Shown here piece after piece: positions 47,638-61,114 of a stretch of DNA of 64,000 nucleotides; the first letter of the stretch is position 1, and every line of letters starts with the position of its first letter. A program made the position numbers and the translations under genes. Source of the DNA: Macrostomum lignano (Eukaryota); the NCBI GenBank assembly GCA_002269645.1, contig NIVC01002050.1, positions 124,001-188,000 on the forward strand, read 5' to 3'. The notes beneath the pieces are model-generated. The model was given only the letters and a program-made list of their open reading frames with translations, was not told the DNA's origin and did not search any database.

Positions 47638-49971
47638 CGGATAGGATGCTCCAAGCAAGTGCGGATGTGTGTGCACAGTGAGGTGTCCAAGGCCAAATCT
47701 GTCCAGGATTTTAAGATCTGTTAAAAGGAGCTTGCATGTGTAGGCATTTGGACATTCAAACATTCTCAAAGTCTGAAAATGCCGCTACAATTCCAGCTTG
47801 AGCCTCAAGTCCCATCATCCCCAAATTCTCATGCTCTAATGGCGATTTCAGAGGCTGGGAAGTGTTAAGTGTTTGGGTTACTGCCGTTGCGTGTGTGCGG
47901 GTGGGGGAAATTCCATTAATTATAAATGGGATCGCCCGACAGGACAGGAGATGCATGCAAATAAATGCAGCTAAAAGGGGCGGAGAAGTCAAAAGTTGAC
48001 AGGACTATAAGGAGATATCTTTTGTTCAAATTAATTTCACTCAACGGACCGTCAGTAAATAGCTGTGCTTACTATCTCACACACCCGACCACCCAGCCTC
48101 TCCATCGCCTCCCAATCTGACTGGTTGGCAATTCATTTTGCCCAAGCAGTGAGGCGCGAGTGTAAACACAAGGGATCTGTAAGTAGTTCGCTATCCCCCG
48201 GTCTGCAAAAAAAGGAATCCCATTATTATTCTGGGAGGCAAATGTGCAACGCAATTGCATCTTATCAATTTGAAAGTGACCGATCGCTGACAGTTCACGT
48301 TGGCCCGAATCAACATCGAGTTTGAGGAGGCCCTGGGATGATACCTGCTGACAAGTTGAGCAGGCAGTTGTGAATAAATTTTGTTTGGCTTCAATCTTGA
48401 CCTGACCAGCTTAGTTAATCCAGCTGTCCAGATTGAAAGCTTAATCCTTGGGCCAGGCGTGACTGACTGATGGGGAGATGAGGCTTCCTAGTCAGCAGCT
48501 TGGTTTTTCGGTCAGCAACAGAGTTGCGACACCTCCTCCACTCTGATTGGCATCGGCGCTACACAAAGGAAATGCGTGAATTTTGGCACATTTTGGCGCA
48601 TCGATGTTGAAGCCCGCTGTTTGATAAGAGGAGCTCGGGAGCAGACTTCACGGCAGCGAGCCGAGATCTCCCGCTGCGAGGGAATCTGTCAGCTTCGGGA
48701 GGATCAAGAGAGATAAGAGACAAAGTCTCAATACGATTTTTTAACAACTGCTGAACTCGCTTGCCCCCCATATCGTACATGTAGTTGATGGCGCAACTAG
48801 CGAAGATACGCCCCATCCCTGCGGATCTGAAATTACCAGCTTAATAAAATGACTCAAATTAACTGAGCAAAGTATGGACCGAAGACCAAAACAGCAGAGA
48901 TAATTTTATTATAGAAAACTTGGCCTGCAACCGGGGCTGCTCTCTCACCTCTGATTTAGCATCTGCATGCGCAACAATGGTTTAAATAATCTTTCAAGCT
49001 TGTTCATCCGGCCCTAATAAAACAAACTGCGCGGGTGAAAGTGATCTGTGCTGGGCGAGAGGTTCTCCTTTTTTGGTTAATTGGCCATGCAGTTTTTGAG
49101 CATAAAATAGAGATAGCTTAATTAACAGTATTGAGCACTCGCCGCCTTTGCCAAAACTCTTGGGTAGGTGCGAGTATGATTGTTGTTCCTGAGTCAGTCT
49201 CGTGTGTCCTACGCGCATAGCAACTGAGATGCTCATATTGCTCTCCAGACGGTTAATCCCTTATGCCCGTGCTTTATGACTTTGCATTTGCACAGCTGGG
49301 AGACACGGCGCTTTGTCTTAAATAGCATCATCATCACTCCTCCGCTCAACCTCCGAAACATGGCCCGCCTGCGGTCGGTGTGTAAAATATGAATGCTAGC
49401 AGCCACAGTAATATTCTGTATATCGAACAATTGACTCAGACTTTCTGCTCAATAAATGACGCATGCAGTCACGCAGCGAGGCGTGTTGGCCAGCGCTGTC
49501 CAGGCGATCTGCTCGATGGGGTTGAGCAGTTCAGCCCTTTAACTGCGCCACTCTGTTACTTTCCGCTGCTCCAGCTCTTGTCTGATTTAACTTTTTTATT
49601 CCTAAGGATCCGTTAACTGGGCCAGCAGCGCTAATCAGTTCTGGCAGAGTTCCACACAATTCGATGATGATGGCCGTTGAGGACCTACCAGTAATTTTAA
49701 AAGTTTACATTGTGATGTTGCACACATGTACATGAATGAGTGCATGAGGTATGCCGCAAGACATATTGACCCGTGTCAAAGAGTTGTTTGGTTTAAGTTG
49801 ACTTTAGATCAACAAAACTACCAATTAATGTTTTTAAACACACTCAAGCGTTCGGTCCACTTAGCCACTGGTTCTCACTCGTCGAACAGCGCCTGACTAA
49901 AGTGCTTTGCTCAATAGGGGAATATTTAAATACTTAATGTTGGGAAGAACGAAAATTGACTGCGAAAGATT

Positions 49972-50050
49972 TTGGTTTGGGTTAGGGTTTACGAGCTAAG
50001 GAGCTAAGGTTTAGGTTAGGTTTAGGTTTATGAGGTTTGGGCTTGGGTTT
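49972..50050. repeat. Degenerate telomere-like tract (ggttagggtt/ggtttaggtt)
   Basis: ggtttggtttgggttagggttt...ggtttaggttaggtttaggttt. Confidence 0.55.
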
Positions 50051-51078
50051 CGCCGTCAATCTGTGGCAGCCGATTGTCGCAGACCCTCAATACCATCTGT
50101 CATTGACCCCCCTGTCTATAGTCCTGACTAGAAAGACGGATGGGATGTTTCGTTTCTTAGAAAATCTTTGACAATTGGCTCCGTGCAGAAAAAATTCGGA
50201 ATTAGGATTTCTCTTTTTTCTCTTAAAATTACGACCGGCTTTTATAAGACCAGAGATTAAATCATCTGTTTAGCATATGCTTTGCCTCTTTTGCTGCTTC
50301 ATTGGATTCTTTTAAAAGCTTACTTTCTGGGAAATAGCCTTAGCACAACAGTACGTTGGCCCTTGACGCGAACAAAAATTTATTGCTCTTTTTTAGTGTA
50401 AAAACAACATAAATTCATCTAAAGCAAATTAAAAATGCATTTGACTGAATTTATCCTGTGAAAAATCCGTTTTTATTTTTTGTCAACTGACAAAGATGGA
50501 TTAGTTGCATGTTCTAAATTTACTACTATCAGTAGAATCTAAATGTTAAATAGCCTAATATTCCAAGTGTGCATGTATGAATAGTTGAAGCCTAATATGA
50601 GGCCTATAATGATGAATTGCTATATTTTCTTAAGTCGATGTCTGCAACAATCAGCGCGCGCGACGGCAGAAATTTTGTGTATTTGAAAATTTCCATAAAC
50701 TTATACAACTCTGTTGACAGACGTGGCAGCGGAAAGAAGGTAAGGAAAAATACAATGAAAAATTCCAGATTCTGCACAGCGAGCACAATAGAACTACATA
50801 CATGCCAGACCCCGAACAGTCCAACAGCAAATGAAGAGTGCAAAAAGAGGTTAAAAAATCTCAATTGGGGGCGCGCCAATGACAAACATGGATAAAAAAT
50901 GTGTACTTTATCTATCCCATACCTAGATTTTGATGTCTCATTTCCTCATGAGACAATCGAGTAATTTTGCTTACGGTATATGCAAAAAGGAAAGCAGAAA
51001 CAGAAATACGTCTCATTTTGTTATTGTGCGGCCTATAGGGCACGAAATAGGCAGGCAGCTTGGACATACATCAGTGAA

Positions 51079-52008
51079 TCAGTAGGACATGACGCTCTGT
51101 ACACTCTTGTAGTTGCTGGAGTTGACAGACCTGGTCACGTTCTGGTGCAGCACCGAAGTCTGAAGTGTGGTCTTCGGGCCAGAGTTGGGCACGAAGGTCT
51201 TGCCGGAACTGTTCACCACTTGCACAGGTCTGGTGAGCGACTTTTTCTGATACTTTTCGCTCGAGTAAGTCGGGAAGCTGTCGAAGGTTCCCGCCTTCAT
51301 GCCGCCGTCCTTTTTGCCAGGATTTGACGGCTTGAACGGCCTGGCGATCGGTTCGGCTTTGGCCTCGGATTTGGTCAGCGCCGAGCCGCCTTTGTACGGA
51401 TTGGCGTCGAAGAAGTCAGCCGGGTGAGTGCTCAGCTTGAATGCTCCTTTGCCAGCCACCTTCTGCTTGTGCTGTTCATTCTCTCGCTTCTGAATGTCCT
51501 TGTACTTTTCATAGGTGTCGCTCTTGTAGTCCGGATACTTGTTCAAAGTCACGAAGGCGTAACCGTAGCCGGTGCCCTTCTTGGGCGGATTTGTCAGAAT
51601 GTTTTTTCCCTCGGGTGCAGCCTTGCCTTTCGATGACGAGAAGGCATTGAAATATTGTACAGGTCCAGAAAATGTTCCATAGTGGCTTCCAGTACCGCTG
51701 CCTACTTTCGGGAAGCTAGTGGGGTTCCAGCTCCGGGAAAGGTTCCGGGAGCTTGCTTTCTGTCTCTCCTGACGCCGAGTCTTGATAGGATCAGAGTAGC
51801 CTTCGCCTTCAAAAACACGACCAAATTCAGACATGTATCCTTGCGACAAGCCAGACTTCTTTTTTGTTCCTCCAGGCAGCATTTGTCGACCTTTGTAAGC
51901 AGATGTATTAAACTGGAAGTTGCCTGGATTCTTGTAGGGATCGCCAACTGTATGGTAGGACATCTCCTTAAAGATGCCAATCCGATCCATATCTGATTTT
52001 GTTCCCAT
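51079..52008 (-). CDS. CFAP96: Cilia- and flagella-associated protein 96 (C4orf47/UPF0602 family), intronless CDS
   Basis: KSDMDRIGIFKEMSYHTVGDPY, KGRQMLPGG, RVFEGEGY, GSHYGTFSG, NILTNPPKKGTGYGY match C4orf47 (KTDMERIGLFSEMEYITVGDKY, KQMLPGGS, RIFEGEGY). Confidence 0.92.
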   Translation of the reverse strand: MGTKSDMDRIGIFKEMSYHTVGDPYKNPGNFQFNTSAYKGRQMLPGGTKKKSGLSQGYMSEFGRVFEGEGYSDPIKTRRQERQKASSRNLSRSWNPTSFPKVGSGTGSHYGTFSGPVQYFNAFSSSKGKAAPEGKNILTNPPKKGTGYGYAFVTLNKYPDYKSDTYEKYKDIQKRENEQHKQKVAGKGAFKLSTHPADFFDANPYKGGSALTKSEAKAEPIARPFKPSNPGKKDGGMKAGTFDSFPTYSSEKYQKKSLTRPVQVVNSSGKTFVPNSGPKTTLQTSVLHQNVTRSVNSSNYKSVQSVMSY

Positions 52009-53222
52009 CTTTGATGTCTACTAAGTTAAATAGCTACAAAAATGACAGTATTTTACGAATCTGCCAATGAGAAGCAAACTAATATTTCTTCCAAATGGTG
52101 CGAAGAAGATAAGAGCAAATTAATGAGCAAAAGCTTACATTCAAAACAACTTATGTTTCAATGGTGTCCATAGAAAAAATGCTTAGCAGCCGTACGCCTT
52201 TAATATTAAAAGCATACCAAGCATATTTACTGTATCTTATTTTGATTATAAGCCCGTTATTGCAGCTGTAGAAGTATTGAAAAATTTATTTTGTTATTTC
52301 TCATAAAATTTTTTAAACTGGCACGTTTTCAAACTGTTGACTAAACGGGATCACGTCAAAATTACAAAAATAAATAACCAGCTTAATAAGTGCCAGCCGT
52401 CCTTCTCATGTTTGCCTATATCAATTGACTTCAGAATCTGGTTGTCAAATTTTATTTAATTTTAACTTACAATGCAAGAGCAGCTTTATTATTAGAATTT
52501 TAAGTGAGAATATTAGTCTAGTCTATGATTATGAGTTTTAATTAAAAACACGAAATGTTCAGTATTCAGTATAAACTTGTCTTAATTAAATTATTCAGGC
52601 CGACGTTCTTATTAGTATATTTATATCGCAGTAATAATCGCATGGCTGTTATGATGTTTTAATTATATTATATAGCACCTAGCGGCTAATGTATTTTTAG
52701 AAGATAGGGGCATACTTTATTTAGGTTTAGAAAAGACCTAGCTAGATATTATAAATTTAAAAGGATCCAAGATTTTTTGTCACTATCACTATCATATCAG
52801 CCTAGCCCTTAATCAATAATAGTATAATATATCACCCCATCAATATCCCTCCTTCGCAGTTAAACCAAACAATTGTTTAGTTTCTAAATTTATTAGCATA
52901 AAGGAATTGATCAAAATAAAATTGACTACTATTGAATTTTTTGTAAATTAGGCCTAAATTGCTTGAAATAAATTATATGAATATATAAAATATATACTGT
53001 TGCTTTATCTTAAAAGTTTTTTGGCTACGTATAGGAGAAACATTTTTTCTTAACCTAAGACTAAGTTATTAGGAAATTAATTATCTATTTTAATAGTAAA
53101 TTAATAATTTTGTTTTATAAATTATATTGAATTGAATTGAATTTATTATTCAATAATATTGTTAAAATATAAAATCCTCAATTTCCTAGTTTTAAAAAAT
53201 ATCTATATCTTAAATATTTGCT

Positions 53223-53410
53223 TAGTAGTGCAACCAGAAACTTTTGAAGAGAGGGGGGGCAGATTCTAGAAAGTAAAGTCCTAGGAGAGGGGCAGAGGGG
53301 TGGCTCTGTTTTTGGCAAAAATTTGCTTGGTCCCCCCCTTTGATTTTTTGGGTCTTTGCCCAAGGGGGAGGGCAACTGTCTCCCTCCCACCCCCCTTGGT
53401 TGTGCCACTG
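53223..53410. mobile_element. hAT-type MITE (188 bp) with 8-bp TSD
   Basis: Imperfect TIRs tagtagtgcaacc / ggttgtgccactg; TSD tatttgct at 53215-53222 and 53411-53418. Confidence 0.8.
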
Positions 53411-53475
53411 TATTTGCTTTATAAGTTAAGCCTACTTTTTGAGTATTTCTAACTAAAATAAATAAACTAAACCTA

Positions 53476-53510
<35 letters not shown>

Positions 53511-54151
53511 TATGCTTTGGCTATAGGCCATAATTTGGAAAGCAAAATGTTTGCCAGGATCCTGGTGTATAACAAGGGTCTTACCATTTTCAGCATACAT
53601 TAGGGCATATCTTGGTATATATGACATAGCAAATACATTGTGTTCTTTGTATTGGCGCATAAATCTAGCATATAAACAAGGTCTTATCATTTTTTCTGGC
53701 ATTAAACCCGTGTACACTAATATGCAATCAAAACTGTAGGTTATAGGCCTTAGGCTTTTTATAAATTGAATATTAACTTGACTATATTTTTATTTCTAAT
53801 ATCAAATAAGCAAGCAAGCTAAATTATATATATAATATATTAGAAATTATATTTTAAAAATTAATAAAAAATTAACCTGACCAAAAAACCCCTTTAAGTC
53901 ATTATATAAACTCATTTATAATAAATGCAATCAAATTCCTAGTGTTTAAAGTTTCTATTTGTTATTTTTAAATTTTTCAAAAATAATGTAATTCAATATA
54001 CATCTAACTTGTCTTAGACCAAAGACTAAAAAACAGTTTGCATATTGCCAAATTTTTATATATTTTGGAATTTCTGCTTCAATCAATCAAGTGTGGCAAA
54101 ATCAATCAATTGGTTATTATAAAGATCAAGCATTAATTGCACTGCACAAGC

Positions 54152-56655
54152 ATGCAATTAAATGAGAGCAATGCATCAGCTGATCCACCATCATTGAGCA
54201 GTCCAGATAAATGCAGTGGTGTCACAGCACCTGTTCAGCTTGTAGCAGCTGCCTCATCTAAGCCAAATTTGTCTGGTTATAACCCACCAGCTAGACAGAT
54301 TTCTGTGAAAATTCTTCCAAAATCAACTAGCCAGTCTGCTATAGACAATTCTGAGCAGAACTCTGGCCCTAGTAAGCTGACTCCGCCATCGCCAGGTGCC
54401 ACTGCTCTGGAGAGTGGGAGGAAACCAACTAGCGAACAGCCGCCAAAGCCAGTTTTGAAAGTGACCTGCCAGCCAATGCCAACTCCAATTATCCAACCGA
54501 AAGTGCAGTCTGCTCCAGTTTTTAAAGTAACTTCTCAGCCAATCTCGGTGACAGCCCCTCAGCAGCAGCCAGCAAAACCTATTTTCAAAGTTGCCCGTCA
54601 GTCATTGTCAATTGTAAATCCCCAGCAGCAGCCGCAACGGCAGCAGTCAACAACACCCATAATAAAATTAAACTGCCAGCCAATGACTGTATCTCAGATG
54701 CGACAGCCTCAGCCACAGCAGCAAGCAACGCAGTCAGGCAACCCCAGTAAGTTGCCAGACGCTCCACCATCATTTGGTAAGCCCAGCCAGAAGCGGCAGT
54801 CAAGAAAACAGCAAGTACTTGGCCAGCAGCAGTCCCAGCCTCAGGCAGGACAGCGCTCGTCTAAAACAGACTCCGCCATCATGTGGAAGCGACTGTCTGC
54901 GTCAGAAATGTTGAAGAAGCAGCAACAGTTAAAGCAGCAGAACAGCAATGAGCTGTTCCCGCCTGGTCCGTGCTCGCACATCTGCTCGGCCGCAGCGCCA
55001 GCGCATTCAGTAAGCGATAGCGGCGCTACATCAAAGCCGTGCGGGCCGCAATGTTTTCCTAGCGGTGCTCTTCCTAGCACAGAGTGCAAGCACTGCTACC
55101 TGTTGTTTCACCGGCGCTGCATCAAGTCCAACGATGCCAAGCGCCAAGGCCTGTGCAATTCGTGCTTGCAGAAGCAGCCAAGCCCAGCTAACAGCAACAG
55201 TACGCGCAAGAGATCTCACAATAGCAGTGAAAATGAAAAACACGGTGGCACTGAAACAAAAGAGGACACCGAATCCTGCTCAAGTGCTTCCGCTAGTGCC
55301 GATTTTGAGCAGACGCCAGCAAGCAAAAAAGCCAAAACGTCACTTAACACTCCCCCAGCTAGTAGCTCCACTAGGCCTCAGGTCTCAGGTGACCTTACTG
55401 AACCTGCTCAAACAGCTGCTAAAAAGCCACTTCAAATCTCCCTAGTCAGAGCCGTCTCCAAAGTGGACGGTAAGAAACCGGCCGACGCCGCTTCGCCGGA
55501 GCTAGCTGGCTACGGAAACAAAGCCAACTATTTTAGTCAAGTAGGCCTGACTAGCGGCCCTAAACTATCAATTAGTAGTGACTCCGGCAAACAGAAGGAG
55601 CAGCAGCAGATTTATAAAATCCAACTAAATTCAAATGGCTCGAAGAGAACTTCCACTAATAAAACTAGTATTCCAGAAGCTAATTTGGAGCAAGAATCCG
55701 ATGCAGATAAGGAAGCTGACAGTGCAACGCCGCTGACCCAAAAGAGGAAACCAGAAGTTCAAATGGCGCCCGCCGAGGCCCCTCGTCAAAAGCCGTCCAC
55801 GCGCACCGTTAAAGTTCAAGCGCGCTGTCGATTCCGATTGAAAATGTCGGAAAAATTCGCTAAATACTACTCACCGCTCGGTAACATCTCAACGCTTAGT
55901 TTCCGCATTCTAGAGCGAATATTCGATCAGCTTGAACTGGCCGACCTACTTACCTGTCGCCTTGTCTGCTCCGAGTGGCGCCGTCTAGTTGACTGTCATC
56001 GCACCTTTTCCAGCCTGTGCCTGTCTAGCGACTGTTGCAGTACCATCAACTGGCGCCTGCTAGGCGATCAATTGGCTCGCTGCCAGACCCGCTCGTTGGA
56101 TCTGCGCAAGCTGAGCGGCGCAGTCAGCGCCACAGCCGCCAGAGCCGTGCACGAGTCGCTCTGCTCGCGCAGTCTGACCAGCGTCCGGCTGGCAACTCTC
56201 GAGTCCGCCACCCTCGCCCGGCTGCTCAGCCTGGGCCGCCAGCTGGATCTCAGCTGGCTGGAGTTCACCATCAACTGCCTAGTTGACTCCGCCGAGCCGG
56301 CCGCTCCAGCCGGTTTCGATCTAGTCCAGTGCTTGCAATCCTTGAGCCGGCTCCAGCGCCTGTCTGTTGGTGCCACAGCCGGCCTTCGACTCGACTGTCT
56401 GGTGGCCAGCGGCGCCGAATTCCCGCTGACCCGACTGGCGCTCCGAAATCTGGCCGCCAATTCCCGGCCGCCGCCGGTGTTGCTGCCGGCGCTGGCCCGG
56501 ATCACCGTCAGCGGGCAGTCCGCCTGTCTGGCCGCCTGGGTGGCCGCCGCGGCCGGTCGGGCCTGCCGTCAGCTCAAACTGTTGGGCCCGAGATCCACCG
56601 CCGATCTGGCCGACCTGGGGCTGGCCTGGCGCGAGACTCTGGCCAGTCTGACTGC
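54152..56655 (+). CDS. PHD-finger + F-box + LRR protein (FBXL19/KDM2-like), large exon
   Basis: PHD-like CGPQC..ECKHC..FHRRC..CNSC; F-box LSFRILERIFDQLELADLLTCRLVCSEWRRLV; following LARCQTRSLDL parallels KDM2 IIRRQPVSLDL. First ATG at 54152; likely donor GC|gtaagt at 56655/56656. Confidence 0.75.
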
Positions 56656-57114
56656 GTAAGTTCAGCTGCTCTTTGACTGGAGACACTGATGCATGGTCCT
56701 CAGAACAGGGGCGCATCCTCTTTGGCAAAGACCTGAAAAAATTAAAGGGGGAACCAAGCGCATTTTCGCCAAAATTCAAACCCACCCCCCTTTTGGGTCT
56801 TTATCTTCGAGAATCCACCCCCCTCTCAACAAATATATATGTACACAAATTAAACTGGAATGATCATGATGTATACAGAATACATGTACATGCATTATCG
56901 TTACAGTACCCATCAAGTTTTGCGTATACTAGCTTTATTAAATTGGCTATGCATGGTTGAATTGGTTTTCAATTCAATTAATTCTCAATTAGACATTTGT
57001 TTGCACCAGGTACGATTTCAAATTCTGATACATCAGTTCGATCGGCTTTCGCCGAAATAACTTTCGCCCAAATGTCTTTTCGCCGATGTGACCTGCACCC
57101 GCGCGTAAAAGGTC

Positions 57115-57798
57115 CTCTGGACTGACACATACAGGGTCCTCAGAACTGACACATACAGGGTCCTCAGAACTGACACATACAGGGTCCTCAGAACTGACAC
57201 ATACAGGGCCCTCAGAACTGACACATACAGGACCCTCAGAACTGACACATACAGGACCCTCAGAACTGACACATACAGGACCCTCAGAACTGACACATAC
57301 AGGACCCTCAGAACTGACACATACAGGACCCTCAGAACTGACACATACAGGACCCTCAGAACTGACACATACAGGACCCTCAGAACTGACACATACAGGA
57401 CCCTCAGAACTGACACATACAGGACCCTCAGAACTGACACATACAGGACCCTCAGAACTGACACATACAGGACCCTCAGAACTGACACATACAGAACCCT
57501 CAGAACTGACACATACAGGACCCTCAGAACTGACACATACAGGACCCTCAGAACTGACACATACAGGACCCTCAGAACTGACACATACAGGACCCTCAGA
57601 ACTGACACATACAGGGCCCTCAGAACTGACACATACAGGGCCCTCAGAACTGACACATACATGACCCTCAGAACTGACACATACAGGGCCCTCAGAACTG
57701 ACACATACAGGACCCTCAGAACTGACACATACAGGACCCTCAGAACTGACACATATAGGACCCTCAGAACTGACACATACAGGACCCTCTGAACTCAG
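57115..57798. repeat. 24-bp minisatellite (ctcagaactgacacatacaggacc), ~28 copies, probably intronic
   Basis: Period 24, read directly. Confidence 0.97.
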
Positions 57799-57808
57799 AA
57801 CGACTTAG

Positions 57809-58066
57809 AAGCTTCTCAAATTGTTCAACCATTGCTCCGCCTCATCCGACAGTCTGGAGTCGCTCACCATTGGCGTCGACCGGCTGCCGCTGCCGGCCCA
57901 GCTGGTGGACTGGCTGCCTGCCGGCCTGCCCAGCCTTATCCTGGCCATAGCGGCGGCCGCTGGCTGCGATCAGCAGCAGCAGCGAATGCATCAGCAGCTG
58001 ACAGCTCGGCTGCTGGCACAGCAGCTGAGTAACCGAGGCACCAAGCTCACAGTGATTGGTCGCTGA
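57809..58066 (+). CDS. Probable terminal exon of the F-box/LRR gene
   Basis: GC-rich, Leu-rich ORF (SLESLTIGVDRLPLPAQLVDWLPAGLPSLIL) on the same strand after the intronic repeat. The exact splice phase was not resolved. Confidence 0.5.
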   Translation, partial: KLLKLFNHCSASSDSLESLTIGVDRLPLPAQLVDWLPAGLPSLILAIAAAAGCDQQQQRMHQQLTARLLAQQLSNRGTKLTVIGR

Positions 58067-58827
58067 CTTCAAGATCATTGATTTAAGCATGAAGACTTGA
58101 CTGAGTTTTTTTAGAAAATCTCTGAGAAGCGGCAGTCTCCACGCCTAAAATACAGTAGGGTGACAAACTTCATTTTTGTAATTTAGCTTAGAAAATTGTG
58201 TAAAATATTTTAGAAAATGGTCTGTCAAATCTCTTATGTTTCTCGTATTGCCAGCCTCCTAAAGATTTTCTAAGAAACGAAGTCCCCCACCATTCTATTT
58301 AAGCCGTCTCTGACTGCATGTGCTTCTTGGACATTTCAACCTGATCAATCGAGTTTACACTTACGAAGGGTTGAGTTGAAGTTGAGAGTTTTTAAAAATT
58401 AATCTAGACTAAGTTTTTCTCCTTTTCTTTTATGTACCTGCAGTGATTATTTCATCATAGCTTAGTGTCTGTTAAATAAATGCTAACAAAATCCAAGGAT
58501 ATACAGACAGCAATGATCGCATTTTAACGTACTACTTGATCTACTGCGGTTAAGCAGTGAGTGCATTTTCACCCCATAAATTCATGTATATATATTGTTT
58601 AGTTTGTATTTGCGAAGTATTTGCGAAAGTGCTGAAATACTAGCTAATAAATTCCTTGCAATATTGCTCCTAGACTACTAACAAGTAACAGAATACACAC
58701 ATTTCAGCTATTACACGTGTTGCTTTTTCACTACTGTTCCACAACATCTGCCATTAATATAAGTTATTCGAGATTTTCTCTTCCAATGTTATTTCTCTCA
58801 ATATCTAATAGTCCGCATTTAATAACT

Positions 58828-60128
58828 TATAGATAGCTGACAACCCATGTTAGATATAGCTGACAACCCATGTTAGATATAGCTGACAACCCATATTAGA
58901 TAGCTGACAACCCATGTTAGATATAGCTGACAACCCATGTTAGATATAGCTGACAACCCAGATTAGATAGCTGACAACCCATATTAAATAGCTGACAACC
59001 CAGATTAAATAGCTGACAACCCATGTTAGATATAGCTGACAACCCAGATTAGATAGCTGACAACCCATGTTAGATATAGCTAACAACCCAGATTAGATAG
59101 CTGACAACCCATGTTAGATATAGCTAACAACCCAGATTAGATAGCTGACAACCCAGGTTAGATAGCTGACAACCCAGATTAGATAGCTGACAACCCAGAT
59201 TAGATAGCTGACAACCCAGATTAGATAGCTGACAACCCAGATTAGATAGCTGACAACCCAGATTAAATAGCTGACAACCCATGTTAGATATAGCTGACAA
59301 CCCAGATTAGATAGCTGACAACCGAGATTAAATAGCTGACAACCCAGATTAAATAGCTGACAACCCAGATTAAATAGCTGACAACCCATGTTAGATATAG
59401 CTGACAACCCAGATTAGATAGCTGACAACCCAGATTAAATAGCTAACAACCCAGATTAGATAGCTGACAACCCATGTTAGATATAGCTGACAACCCAGAT
59501 TAGATAGCTGACAACCCAGGTTAGATAGCTGACAACCCAGATTAGATAGCTGACAACCCAGATTAGATAGCTGACAACCCAGGTTAGATATAGCTGACAA
59601 CCCAGATTAAATAGCAGACAACCCAGATTAGATAGCAGACAACCCAGATTAGATAGCTGACAACCCAGATTAGATAGCTGACAACCCAGATTAGATAGCT
59701 GACAACCCAGATTAGATAGCTGACAACCCAGATTAGATAGCAGACAACCCATATTAGATAGCAGACAACCCAGATTAAATAGCAGACAACCCAGATTAGA
59801 TAGCTGACAACCCAGATTAGATAGCTGACAACCCAGATTAGATAGCTGACAACCCAGATTAGATAGCTGACAACCCATGTTAGATATAGCAGACAACCCA
59901 GATTAGATAGCTGACAACCCAGATTAGATAGCTGACAACCCAGATTAAATAGCTGACAACCCATGTTAGATATAGCTGACAACCCATGTTAGATATAGCT
60001 GACAACCCATGTTAGATATAGCTGACAACCCATGTTAGATATAGCTGACAACCCAGATTAGATAGCTGACAACCCAGATTAGATATAGCAGACAACCCAG
60101 ATTAGATAGCAGACAACCCAGGTTAGAT
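58828..60128. repeat. 21/23-bp minisatellite (tagatagctgacaacccagat / gttagatatagctgacaacccat)
   Basis: Direct reading. Confidence 0.97.
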
Positions 60129-61114
60129 AAGTTACGGTGCAGATTGAAAAGCTAAATTAGGTACAAGTTTGTGCCGAAATGCGTGCTTATAATTGCATTG
60201 CGAGTGAAATTCGGCACTTTCTTAAGCATTTATATTGCGTGGCGAAGTTTAGCCAATTTTTATTCTGCCTGTGCAGGTGATGCAGCAAGCTTTGGCGAGT
60301 ATCAACTTGATGAAATCCGGAAAAGATCTAAAATGGGAGTGCTGCTTCTCAAATAAAAACCCCGAACGGGCCTCTTTAAGCCGCGACCACCGCCTGCAGC
60401 AGCTTCTGTAGTGGATCTTCCGTTGGTCCGGAGTGTCCTCATTTAATAGACCGCCACTGCCGGGCCGGATCAATGCAATAAAAGTGCATTTCCGCCTGCC
60501 AAGTCAATAAATTGCCAACTCTGCTGTCTGGCACGCATATTTTACGAGTACTAGTTTAAACTTCTATAATTTACGAGGGTATTATAAATATACCCATACT
60601 ATATATACTACTCTAGCAAGCGGGACGACCTCGTTAGTAGCTCACTGTGCGAACTGCAGGGCAGAAGCTGGGCCACTTATTTGAGTACGAGCTCAAACTT
60701 ATACAGATTGTGGGTTTGCCATTGGCTTGTTACAGGACTTTGCCAAAAAAATTCCCAGCTCGGCTCAGAAATGAATCGAACGCGTCAGCCAGACCTATCC
60801 CAGATGAAGTAGAGAGGCTGCAGACACACGTGCCCGAGGCTACGGACGCAGTGATTAGGGATAGACGGCTTAGCAACACCGTGCAGTTGGAGGATTAAGG
60901 ATTAGTGCGAGACTCTCGGACTTCTCATTCGATGCGAGTTCAGATTTGGCGACTCTTTCACGTGGAGCCGGTTTGGCCAAATTTGATTTATTCTAATTCT
61001 GGCTGCGGCACGGATTCAGCCATCTGCAGAATCGGCTTCGTTATTTGTATAAAACTTCATTAGACAGTCCTACTGTTTCACCTGTTAGATGGACACGTTT
61101 GATCTTACCTGGCT

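Noticed and set aside
56704-56830. Possible third hAT MITE starting caggggcgcatcc
   Set aside because: No matching right TIR or TSD found.
57033-59982. Minus-strand ORFs (VSVLRVLY..., NLGCQLS...)
   Set aside because: Translations of the 24-bp and 21-bp minisatellites.
60600-61060. Possible SINE or structured RNA in a unique GC-moderate block
   Set aside because: No convincing A/B boxes, cloverleaf or TSD could be identified by eye.
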